Positions 8,155 to 15,693 of a stretch of DNA of 64,000 nt are shown piece by piece. The notes below the pieces were generated by a model. It did not search any database, had not been told where the DNA came from, and saw nothing but the letters and a program-made list of their open reading frames with translations. Source of the stretch: a virus; the IMG/VR virus record IMGVR_UViG_3300008952_000005, positions 113,461-177,460 of that record. One strand, written 5' to 3'. The translations under genes and the position numbers were made by a program. Positions within the stretch are counted from its first letter, which is position 1, and each line of letters begins with the position of its first letter.

Positions 8155-8315
8155 TTTTTGTCTGTTAACTTATTAATAAGTTCAAACGCTACTTTAACTT
8201 TCTCTTCCAACACTTTAATTCTATAGTGTGATTGTGCTAAAGTAACTATCAATAACACAAATGCTACTAGCATTGGCCAAAGTCTACTCAACATTAATAC
8301 TGCTTCACTATCCAT
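8151..8315 (-). CDS. Small TM plus coiled-coil protein (54 aa), not in ORF track
   Basis: MDSEAVLMLSRLWPMLVAFVLLIVTLAQSHYRIKVLEEKVKVAFELINKLTDKK; TAATG coupled. Confidence 0.6.
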   Translation of the reverse strand: MDSEAVLMLSRLWPMLVAFVLLIVTLAQSHYRIKVLEEKVKVAFELINKLTDKK

Positions 8316-8500
8316 TACTGTACTATTTCATCTCCTGTTTTAACATTGGGTCTTGGTTTCTCACAAACTGAACAATCACATTTACTACAAATAATCGTTA
8401 CCGTTTTTTGATTTCGTAATCCATCTGGACTAGAAGTAGTATACTCCATTAACTTTTCAGGACAATGAGCTTCCCTACCACAATTCTTACACTTTTCCAT
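8315..8500 (-). CDS. Small Cys/His-rich putative zinc-binding protein
   Basis: CKNC-x4-HC ... CSKCDCSVC. Confidence 0.55.
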   Translation of the reverse strand: MEKCKNCGREAHCPEKLMEYTTSSPDGLRNQKTVTIICSKCDCSVCEKPRPNVKTGDEIVQ

Positions 8501-8676
8501 TACTTTTGTCTGTTAATTGTTTTCTTAACTAAATCAACAGTACTTTTACTAATATCTTTAGTCTTTGTTAATAAATTTCCACCAAGGTTTATTATTTTTG
8601 TTCTAGGTGTTATCTTTTCTTGTACAATCTTTTTTGTTTTTGGATCATACTTTTGCTGTAAAAATTCCATTACCAT
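8500..8676 (-). CDS. Small basic hypothetical protein (58 aa), not in ORF track
   Basis: MVMEFLQQKYDPKTKKIVQEKITPRTKIINLGG...; GGAG SD and TAATG overlaps. Confidence 0.55.
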   Translation of the reverse strand: MVMEFLQQKYDPKTKKIVQEKITPRTKIINLGGNLLTKTKDISKSTVDLVKKTINRQK

Positions 8677-9047
8677 TATTCCTTCTCCTTTTCTTTTTTC
8701 TTATCATCTGGTTCATAATATTCTTTATACTGGTCAAGTAAATCATTAGTGTGTTTCAAGTGTGCTCTTATTTGAGCAAAGTTTTTTGCAATTAATTGAA
8801 AGTCCTTATCACTCAATCCAAATAGTACTGGATCAAGTCCTTCTGCTTCCATCTTTTGGAATACTTCTTCTGCATTGTCAGAAGTAATTATAATCCACCT
8901 CAACTTTTCAAGTTCAGGCATAGTTGGTTTAACTAAATCTAATTTCTGTCTAGGTTCTTCTAACTTAAATATTTTAAGTTGTTTCTCACCGATTGAGCAA
9001 CCAGTAAGTATTAGAACAGCAATGATACTAATTATTATACGGTACAT
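8676..9047 (-). CDS. Putative outer-membrane spanin (o-spanin, Rz1-like lipoprotein)
   Basis: Lipobox ILTGC; overlaps the 3' end of the upstream TM/coiled-coil gene. Confidence 0.7.
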   Translation of the reverse strand: MYRIIISIIAVLILTGCSIGEKQLKIFKLEEPRQKLDLVKPTMPELEKLRWIIITSDNAEEVFQKMEAEGLDPVLFGLSDKDFQLIAKNFAQIRAHLKHTNDLLDQYKEYYEPDDKKKEKEKE

Positions 9048-9504
9048 ATGATGGATTTGCTATGGATGGGCACTCCCTATTAATTTCTGATTTTTTGGTT
9101 GCGTTCTTCTCTTGTTCGGTAAGTGGTGAACCACCTGCTATCTCTACACAACGAATAGCTTTATCACTTGCACCGTTAATAATTCTTTGTATTGTTTCTG
9201 TTTTTTCTATGGCGAGTTTACCAAAGTCACGACCTTTTTTATTAAATCTTTTATCTAAATCATCTAAATCTTTTTTAAGAGCTGAAACAAGTTCGTTCAT
9301 CTTGTTGTTTGCTTTTAAAATTTCTTTAAAGTCTTCTTGTTGCTTAGCAATGAGTTCCTTTTGAGAACTCACTGCTTCTTCCAATTTGATTTGATTCGCT
9401 TTTAAAATGGCATTATCGGATCGTAACTTCATTACATACATACCTGCACCTGCAAGTCCTGTAATCATCACAACTACCATCGCCATTTTTAAATAACCAA
9501 ACAT
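9028..9504 (-). CDS. Putative inner-membrane spanin (i-spanin, Rz-like)
   Basis: Single N-terminal TM, long coiled coil, two Cys near the C-terminus; precedes a lipoprotein gene. Confidence 0.7.
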   Translation of the reverse strand: MFGYLKMAMVVVMITGLAGAGMYVMKLRSDNAILKANQIKLEEAVSSQKELIAKQQEDFKEILKANNKMNELVSALKKDLDDLDKRFNKKGRDFGKLAIEKTETIQRIINGASDKAIRCVEIAGGSPLTEQEKNATKKSEINRECPSIANPSYVPYNN

Positions 9505-9510
9505 AACTTT

Positions 9511-9669
9511 CTAGTCTTTCTTTAGAACTGCCCAAGCTCCGTAAGCAATTGCCGCCCAAGCAGCAATTTTAGCAACTGGACTGAAAAACAAAACTACAAC
9601 GCCTAATCCTATTAATACTCCACCGTGTAATGATGTTAGTTCTTTTAGTCTTCCTGTTATAAAACCCAT
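9511..9669 (-). CDS. Small two-TM protein (52 aa), holin candidate, not in ORF track
   Basis: MGFITGRLKELTSLHGGVLIGLGVVVLFFSPVAKIAAWAAIAYGAWAVLKKD with GGAG SD. Confidence 0.6.
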   Translation of the reverse strand: MGFITGRLKELTSLHGGVLIGLGVVVLFFSPVAKIAAWAAIAYGAWAVLKKD

Positions 9670-9684
9670 ATTGGTTCTCCTTTT

Positions 9685-10266
9685 TTATTTTATCTTGGCA
9701 CCAACTTTTCGGTGCTTATTCCAAGCCAAAAAACCACCTAGTCTTAAAGAATAATATGCTAGATAGTTCATAAGATAGAATCCATTTACTCCGATATTAA
9801 TATCTCTAAAGATTTCATCTGCTCTTTTTTGAGATATAACACCAAGGGTATCTGTCTTATTTATTTTTAATAATGTCTGATACTTATAAGCATAATCGTG
9901 TACCAAACCACCCATTAAAAGTACACCTACTGGTGATAAAAATGTATGCAAGAATTTTGGAATACTTGCACCGTCAAATTTAAATCCAGCTGGTATCGTA
10001 TATTTTATATCGTTTAATTCGTATTCAAAATCTTCTGCGATTTCCCAATTTCTTGTAGTGAGTATCCACAAAAGAATTCCTTTAAAAAAACCTTTGCCTT
10101 TTGTTCTTATTGGCAACGCTCTCATAACTGGCATTTTTTTATATGTAAAGTTATGACATTTAGGTTTCTTCTTATCAAATAAATTGATAATTAGTCCTGC
10201 TATAATAACTAAAATTACTATAGACCACATCCAAAACTTCATTGCTAAACTTATTATTAGTTCCAT
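9685..10266 (-). CDS. DUF1353 family protein with N-terminal membrane anchor
   Basis: TIPAGFKFDGASIP...LVHDYAY...ADEIF motif. Confidence 0.8.
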   Translation of the reverse strand: MELIISLAMKFWMWSIVILVIIAGLIINLFDKKKPKCHNFTYKKMPVMRALPIRTKGKGFFKGILLWILTTRNWEIAEDFEYELNDIKYTIPAGFKFDGASIPKFLHTFLSPVGVLLMGGLVHDYAYKYQTLLKINKTDTLGVISQKRADEIFRDINIGVNGFYLMNYLAYYSLRLGGFLAWNKHRKVGAKIK

Positions 10267-10560
10267 TTATTTCTTCCTTGTTCTCATACTAGATGTTGGT
10301 TGAGCACCTCTTACGTGAACCATACCACCCATAGTATTTTCTTTCTTTTTATTTCTTGGTTCTACTTTTGGATCAGCAGACAAAAAAGGTCTTTGATTTA
10401 CTGCTGTTGTATAAGCAGCGTGTAATCCAACACCTCTAACATTTTTTCCACCTGCTTTCTTTTTAGGTGGTGTATCACCTAAACTTGCTATAGGTTGTAC
10501 ATTTGAATAGTTTCCTATTCTAACACCTGTTGTACCTATAAACTCTTTAAAACTTTTCAT
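10267..10560 (-). CDS. Hypothetical basic protein, probable head-internal protein
   Basis: N-terminus MKSFKEFI resembles the T4 capsid-targeting sequence. Confidence 0.55.
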   Translation of the reverse strand: MKSFKEFIGTTGVRIGNYSNVQPIASLGDTPPKKKAGGKNVRGVGLHAAYTTAVNQRPFLSADPKVEPRNKKKENTMGGMVHVRGAQPTSSMRTRKK

Positions 10561-10883
10561 ACTCTTGCTTTTTCTTTAATAGTCTTTTTTCTTTTAGGTG
10601 TTTCAATTTTAATTTCTTCTTTCACAACTCCACTTATTTCATCAATCTTATTTTCAAGTTTATTTAACACTTTATAAACACCTTTCAATACAACATTGTT
10701 ATTGTCTTCACTCTCTTGTACTTTTCTTTTTAAAGTACCCATAACTCTTTTCTTACCAGTTGGATTCATATCTACACCACCGTGTGCTACTGCATTTGCT
10801 GGTGCGTCTTCTTTTTTTTCTTTATCATCAATCTTATTGATGAGTTCGTCCATCATATCTTTATAATGTTTTGGCATACTCAT
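10557..10883 (-). CDS. Hypothetical late protein
   Basis: Contiguous, overlapping ORF in the late block. Confidence 0.55.
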   Translation of the reverse strand: MSMPKHYKDMMDELINKIDDKEKKEDAPANAVAHGGVDMNPTGKKRVMGTLKRKVQESEDNNNVVLKGVYKVLNKLENKIDEISGVVKEEIKIETPKRKKTIKEKARV

Positions 10884-11340
10884 ACTCCGATACTAGTTTA
10901 TTATTTTGTTCATATATACCTACACCTAGACAAGTCATTACTGGTTCATCTTCTATGTCTGGTATATCTCTTACTTCATTTAACATAGTTTCATACTGGT
11001 TAGTTTCTTTTAAATATGAAACAACACCTGCTTCTATTGCGTCTTTGTGTGCCATTAACTGTTTATCTTCTCTCAATATCATTGCCATAGCACCAAAAAA
11101 AGTACCAAACTTACTACCTAATCCAACTTTACCAAATAATCTTTTCATATTAAAAACAAATCTATGTAAATATGTATATGCTTTTTTATCTTTACTATCT
11201 CTCAATGTCTTATTAGGTCTTAATACTTTACCTTTCTTATCAATAATACCTCGTTTAAAAGCTTCTTGCTTTTCCCAAGATGTTACCAATAGTTTAACTA
11301 CTCGGTAAGTTATTAACATATCTATTGCTCTACTTGCCAT
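10861..11340 (-). CDS. Hypothetical protein conserved in T4-like marine phages
   Basis: AFKRGIIDKKGKVL...YTYLHRFVFNMKRL motif. Confidence 0.6.
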   Translation of the reverse strand: MASRAIDMLITYRVVKLLVTSWEKQEAFKRGIIDKKGKVLRPNKTLRDSKDKKAYTYLHRFVFNMKRLFGKVGLGSKFGTFFGAMAMILREDKQLMAHKDAIEAGVVSYLKETNQYETMLNEVRDIPDIEDEPVMTCLGVGIYEQNNKLVSEYEYAKTL

Positions 11341-11702
11341 TACAGTTCCTTTAACATTTGTTTTATCTTTTCATCTTCATCTACATCACCTAGTTCGTGT
11401 TCATAAAGTAATTTAAGATAGTTCAATACTGTTTTTAATACTGACCAATATTCTCTATCTATTTTAAATAATAATAAAGTTATCGCTACATCTGCACTAA
11501 AAACATTTTGTAATACTACAATGTGATTAATAATTAATCTTATTTTAACGTCACCTGTAGTTTTATACTTACGAAATAACCTTTTAAGATATTTAAATCG
11601 TTTTATATCTTCCAAAAATTCTACATTATCTTCCAATGTAGGATTGCTATAATTTTGCTGAGCAAATAGCAACCAATTATCTTTGGTTATTTCCTCAAAC
11701 AT
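11340..11702 (-). CDS. Conserved T4-like hypothetical protein
   Basis: EITKDNWLLFAQQNYSNP...F.EDIKRFKYLKRL...RLIINHIVVLQNVF. Confidence 0.7.
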   Translation of the reverse strand: MFEEITKDNWLLFAQQNYSNPTLEDNVEFLEDIKRFKYLKRLFRKYKTTGDVKIRLIINHIVVLQNVFSADVAITLLLFKIDREYWSVLKTVLNYLKLLYEHELGDVDEDEKIKQMLKEL

Positions 11703-11707
11703 CTGAC

Positions 11708-12133
11708 CTACACCAATTTAGCGTAGACCTTTGATGTTCCGTTTTTCAAAGTTTCATAATTAACTTCTAAATTTAGACCGCCAGATTTTTTGTGTGATAT
11801 ACCATCATCATTAATATCAGAACCGTCTGTATCTTTTCCAAACCTTCCACCAAATTGACTAACTTTCGCACTAACTTTTCCAGATGTTCCTTCCATATTA
11901 ACTGGTGATACTGTTAAACCAATTCGGTTTAGTTTTTCTCTCAAACTATCTACCGCTTGTTGTGGTTTAAGGTATTCCATATCTCCTATAGAACCTACAA
12001 AAGCATTAACTCTATTTAATACTTCTGGATCGGAAACGTTATGTACGCCTAAATTACCATCTTCAACTGCATTAGATGTTGCTGTTCCAACCATCTTGCC
12101 GTCTTCTGTTATGTGTTGTTTAAACGTTTTCAT
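11708..12133 (-). CDS. Hypothetical, probable head-internal protein
   Basis: N-terminus MKTFKQHITE, a close match to the T4 capsid-targeting sequence. Confidence 0.6.
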   Translation of the reverse strand: MKTFKQHITEDGKMVGTATSNAVEDGNLGVHNVSDPEVLNRVNAFVGSIGDMEYLKPQQAVDSLREKLNRIGLTVSPVNMEGTSGKVSAKVSQFGGRFGKDTDGSDINDDGISHKKSGGLNLEVNYETLKNGTSKVYAKLV

Positions 12134-12248
12134 CTTTTTCTTTTCCCTTTTCTTTTGCTGTGTCCTCTTTAGGACAATCAGCTATTACTTCTTCCTCAAA
12201 ATCGTCCAAGTCTTTATCTTCATTAAAAATCTTAAACTTTTTTAACAT
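12120..12248 (-). CDS. Small acidic protein (42 aa), not in ORF track
   Basis: MLKKFKIFNEDKDLDDFEEEVIADCPKEDTAKEKGKEKDENV. Confidence 0.45.
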   Translation of the reverse strand: MLKKFKIFNEDKDLDDFEEEVIADCPKEDTAKEKGKEKDENV

Positions 12249-12444
12249 CTTCTGTTTTAACTGGAATATCTCCAGTCATTCCTATTAACTTATTAACTTG
12301 TTGAATAGCGCCATTGATTGCATTTAAATTTGCTTTCATCTGACCTAAATCCACTTCAACTTGTTTTATATTTTTTGCCAACTTATCAAAATCTACTTGT
12401 AATCCTTGTGCTTCTGATTTAAGTTGCTCTATACTTATAGTCAT
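12232..12444 (-). CDS. Small coiled-coil protein
   Basis: Heptad pattern; GGAGA SD. Confidence 0.6.
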   Translation of the reverse strand: MTISIEQLKSEAQGLQVDFDKLAKNIKQVEVDLGQMKANLNAINGAIQQVNKLIGMTGDIPVKTEDVKKV

Positions 12445-12466
12445 AATTATCTCCTTATATTATATA

Positions 12467-12928
12467 TTATGCAACTGCGTATCCGTTACCTGCAATTACG
12501 TTCCAATTTGAATTTTTAAATAACAAAGTAACTGTTTCACCTACATTATTTAAAACGACATTTGTTCCGCCTCTTAAATTTGTTGGTGTTATAGTTATTG
12601 CATTACTACCAGACGTTGATGTATTAAGAACAGTTTTAATTTGTCCATTTGAACCGTCTGCTAATGATACTGCTGCTGTTCCCGCCGTTGCGTTCACTTC
12701 TGTAACAGCACTATCTACATCTGCAACTAAAGTTCCAGAACCTGTGCCTGTTAATGTTTGGGATGCTTGACCAAGACCTAAAAACGTTGGTACGTTATTA
12801 AATACATTTGCCGCTGATACTTTTTTGTTTATCGGTGTGCCTGATGGATCATCTATTACGTGAAACAGGTCTACACTTGCTATTGCGTTACCTAAATCGG
12901 TAAGCTGGGTGACTTTTTTATCTGCCAT
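12467..12928 (-). CDS. Virion structural protein (decoration/fibre-like)
   Basis: MADKKVTQLTDL N-terminus, Gly/Thr/Ala-rich beta composition, late promoter upstream. Confidence 0.65.
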   Translation of the reverse strand: MADKKVTQLTDLGNAIASVDLFHVIDDPSGTPINKKVSAANVFNNVPTFLGLGQASQTLTGTGSGTLVADVDSAVTEVNATAGTAAVSLADGSNGQIKTVLNTSTSGSNAITITPTNLRGGTNVVLNNVGETVTLLFKNSNWNVIAGNGYAVA

Positions 12929-12988
12929 TTGTTTCTCCTATTAACCCTTTCGGGAATGCTACTGTAGGTAATTCCTACATCATAATAT

Positions 12989-12996
12989 TATTTATA
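12989..12996 (-). promoter_or_regulatory. T4-type late promoter
   Basis: TATAAATA followed by a leader with hairpins GTAGG-AATTA-CCTAC and CCC-GAAA-GGG. Confidence 0.75.
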
Positions 12997-13025
12997 TGGG
13001 CAACCCTATAAAGAATCGCCCATAT
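12994..13025 (-). terminator. Hairpin downstream of 13037..13318
   Basis: ATATGGGCGATTCT-TTAT-AGGGTTGCCCATAT; no clear U tract. Confidence 0.45.
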
Positions 13026-13036
13026 ATTATTGATTA

Positions 13037-13318
13037 TTAAGCAGCGTTTGTTAATGCTACTATCGTTTCGTACTGTACTCTTCCTGCTCTACCACCAGAA
13101 CCAGTTGTCTTTAAGTTCCAACCTGCGTGTCCAGCACCTGCTGGTACTTGAGCATCCGCATAATTGAATAACCCTAAAGTTATTCCAGTAATAAAGTTAT
13201 TAGCAGTTGCGTCTTCAAATAAATTTGTTCTATTTGCTGACGTGAATGCTAATTTAGCAGCAGCACAAGCCCATAATGGTGCTCCAGCCGCCGAGTCTGC
13301 ACTTGAATGTGATGACAT
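13037..13318 (-). CDS. Small virion structural protein
   Basis: Ala/Gly-rich; HAGW...GSGGRAGRVQYETIVAL C-terminus seen in T4-like marine phage structural proteins; own late promoter. Confidence 0.6.
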   Translation of the reverse strand: MSSHSSADSAAGAPLWACAAAKLAFTSANRTNLFEDATANNFITGITLGLFNYADAQVPAGAGHAGWNLKTTGSGGRAGRVQYETIVALTNAA

Positions 13319-13374
13319 AGTATTCTCTCCTTTAAATTAAATTGTTAAAGTACTCAATTCTTAATATATGTGTA

Positions 13375-13382
13375 TATTTATA
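13375..13382 (-). promoter_or_regulatory. T4-type late promoter
   Basis: TATAAATA. Confidence 0.75.
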
Positions 13383-13395
13383 AGAAAAAGGTGTG

Positions 13396-13890
13396 TTAGA
13401 AACCCAATTGTTTTAATTGTCTTATTGAATTAGACGCTGAAGTATGATATATTCCTATACCACCACGTTGTGTAAAACTATCTGTATTAGGTTTATAATC
13501 GTCAATTAATACTGCAGGACTTCTGTATCCTGTTTGAGCATAATTTTGTTTCTGACTTCTCTTTACAAGATTAACTCTTGCACCACTTAAACCTAATTGA
13601 CTTCTGCACCATTTAGTCTTACCTGGTATACAGTTAGGGTCTACATTACGGTCAACATATGCTGATAGAATATCTGGCGAATGCTTTTTTATATAATTCC
13701 ACAGTTGTTTACCGTCTGATTGCCACGGCAATGTTTCCCAAAAAGTTTTATCATTTCTGATTGGGTTCCACTTATCTTGTTTTGTTAGGGACATCCATTT
13801 ACTGATAGGGACTCCTGTTGCTTTCTCGGCACCTTTTTTAAAGTCTGCCAATACGCCGTCCATATCACAATAGAGTTTAGGAAGAGGCAT
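13396..13890 (-). CDS. HAD-superfamily 5'(3')-deoxyribonucleotidase-like phosphatase
   Basis: YCDMDGVLADF motif I, ILSA motif II, VLIDDY motif IV. Confidence 0.85.
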   Translation of the reverse strand: MPLPKLYCDMDGVLADFKKGAEKATGVPISKWMSLTKQDKWNPIRNDKTFWETLPWQSDGKQLWNYIKKHSPDILSAYVDRNVDPNCIPGKTKWCRSQLGLSGARVNLVKRSQKQNYAQTGYRSPAVLIDDYKPNTDSFTQRGGIGIYHTSASNSIRQLKQLGF

Positions 13891-13907
13891 AATCTGAATT
13901 GCCTCCT

Positions 13908-15689
13908 TTAATTAGTATAACTTATCTCTGGATCAGTTTCAATTTTTGAAGCAGGGTTACCAGTCATAGTTCTACCTTTTGTAGGTTCATCTTTCTTTTT
14001 AGCAAGTTTTGCTTTTTCTGCTTTTTCTTTAAGTCTTGCTCTTAAAGTTTCATATTTTAGTTTGTAAGGACTTACTGCTTCTTTTTTAACTTCGTCTTTG
14101 TCTTCTTTGTCTTCTTTGTCTTCTTTTTTTTCTGCTTTATCTCTTAAAAGTTTTTGTGCTAGTCCAACTGTTAAAGGAACTTCTCCTGTTTCTTTATCTG
14201 CAACAGGTTTAATTACTTTACCTTTTTCATTTTCTAATTTTGCTTTTAATACATTAATTTGACCTTGCAACGTTAAAATTTGTTTCTCTTGTGCTGCTGG
14301 GTCTTTAGCACTTGGACCATCTTTACCATCTTTAGCATCCCTTGTTGCTCTTATCTTTGCAATCTTTACACCTGGTTTGTTATCTTTTGCAATAGGTGGA
14401 ATTTTACTTTCATTTCTTGTAGGCAACAGTACAGAGTCTCCTCTTGTTGCTGTTTCATTAGCTGCTTTATTCCAAATATTTCTGATAGTATTTTCTAAAT
14501 TTGTTGATGGTTCTGGTTTATCACTACCAATAACATCTTTCTTTGGTTCTTTTTTATCTTCTGTAGTAGATACATTTGCTGTACTAAACTTAACTTCTTT
14601 TTTCTTATCTGCCATTTTAGAAACTTCTCCAGCGTCAATCGTTTCAGTAGTAGATACGTTAGCAGTTTTAAAATCAACTTCTTTTTTCTTGTCTTTCATT
14701 TTAGATACTTCGCCTGCGTCAATCGTTTCTTGCATATCTTCTGTAGGTCTTTGTGTTTCTATTCCTGAAATACCAAAATGTATATCTTGGTCATAACCTT
14801 CTGCAAGTTTCCATCCTTTTGCTAAATATTCTTTTTCTTTAGACTTATCTATTACGATAGTCTTGCCGTGTTTAGAAACCATTGTTTCTTTTTTAGGGTC
14901 TTTAAGTTGTCTTGGTAATTCTTCTTCTATATCATTACCTTTAGGTTGTTTTTCAGCAACTCTATAACCAAATCTATATTTTTTTCTAACACCTCTTGAA
15001 GCAGTACCTCTTCTTGAAGATGAATTAGCTCCACCTGGCATTGCTTCTGAAACAGTTTCTTCCGACATTGCTTCTTGTCTTGCTAAATTCTTTTCGTTTG
15101 CTAAATGAGGTTTGATTCTATTGCCATTATATGCTCTTTTATTTTCAGGTATCTTTTCTACTTTACCACCTTTGTCAAGAAAGTCTTTCATCAACTGCTC
15201 ATCAGCGTGTTTTCCATTAGAAGGTTTCCATTCTTCTTTTAATGCTTTTCCTTTATCCCAATAATGCCAGCTTGTTTTATCCCAAATTTCATCAGGTCCT
15301 ATTAGTCGTTTAAATTCTCTTTCTGCCTTATTAAAAGCATCAATTTTTTTCATTTTATTTTCTTTTGCATATTTAATAATAAGTGCCGCTACTTCTTTAC
15401 CAGTTTCGTTAGTTGAAGCTATCCAACTTTGACTTTCTGGATCTTTGTCCATCTCATCTTTACCTTTTTTGTATTCTCTAAATTTTGCTGCTATATTATT
15501 CCAGCTAACACCTTCGTCTAGCTTATTAAAAAATGCTATCTTTTCTTTAGGTGTCATTGAACCAATACCACCCATAGTATTTTTTAATGCTTCAGCGAAT
15601 TTCTTTTTATAACCTTCTTCTTTATACTTCGCTTGATGTTGATATACCACATCCTCAATACTGCCTGGTTTTTGTTTTAAATATGTCAT
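13908..15689 (-). CDS. Large Lys/Glu-rich probable head-internal (prohead core) protein
   Basis: Likely start MTYLKQ at 15689 after a TAAATA element (the ORF track starts at 15734); many hydrophobic-x-E motifs. Confidence 0.55.
   Translation of the reverse strand: MTYLKQKPGSIEDVVYQHQAKYKEEGYKKKFAEALKNTMGGIGSMTPKEKIAFFNKLDEGVSWNNIAAKFREYKKGKDEMDKDPESQSWIASTNETGKEVAALIIKYAKENKMKKIDAFNKAEREFKRLIGPDEIWDKTSWHYWDKGKALKEEWKPSNGKHADEQLMKDFLDKGGKVEKIPENKRAYNGNRIKPHLANEKNLARQEAMSEETVSEAMPGGANSSSRRGTASRGVRKKYRFGYRVAEKQPKGNDIEEELPRQLKDPKKETMVSKHGKTIVIDKSKEKEYLAKGWKLAEGYDQDIHFGISGIETQRPTEDMQETIDAGEVSKMKDKKKEVDFKTANVSTTETIDAGEVSKMADKKKEVKFSTANVSTTEDKKEPKKDVIGSDKPEPSTNLENTIRNIWNKAANETATRGDSVLLPTRNESKIPPIAKDNKPGVKIAKIRATRDAKDGKDGPSAKDPAAQEKQILTLQGQINVLKAKLENEKGKVIKPVADKETGEVPLTVGLAQKLLRDKAEKKEDKEDKEDKDEVKKEAVSPYKLKYETLRARLKEKAEKAKLAKKKDEPTKGRTMTGNPASKIETDPEISYTN
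14562..14729 (-). repeat. Tandem 84-nt (28-aa) repeat inside the CDS
   Basis: ETIDAGEVSKMKDKKKEVDFKTANVSTT / ETIDAGEVSKMADKKKEVKFSTANVSTT. Confidence 0.9.
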
Positions 15690-15693
15690 AGTA

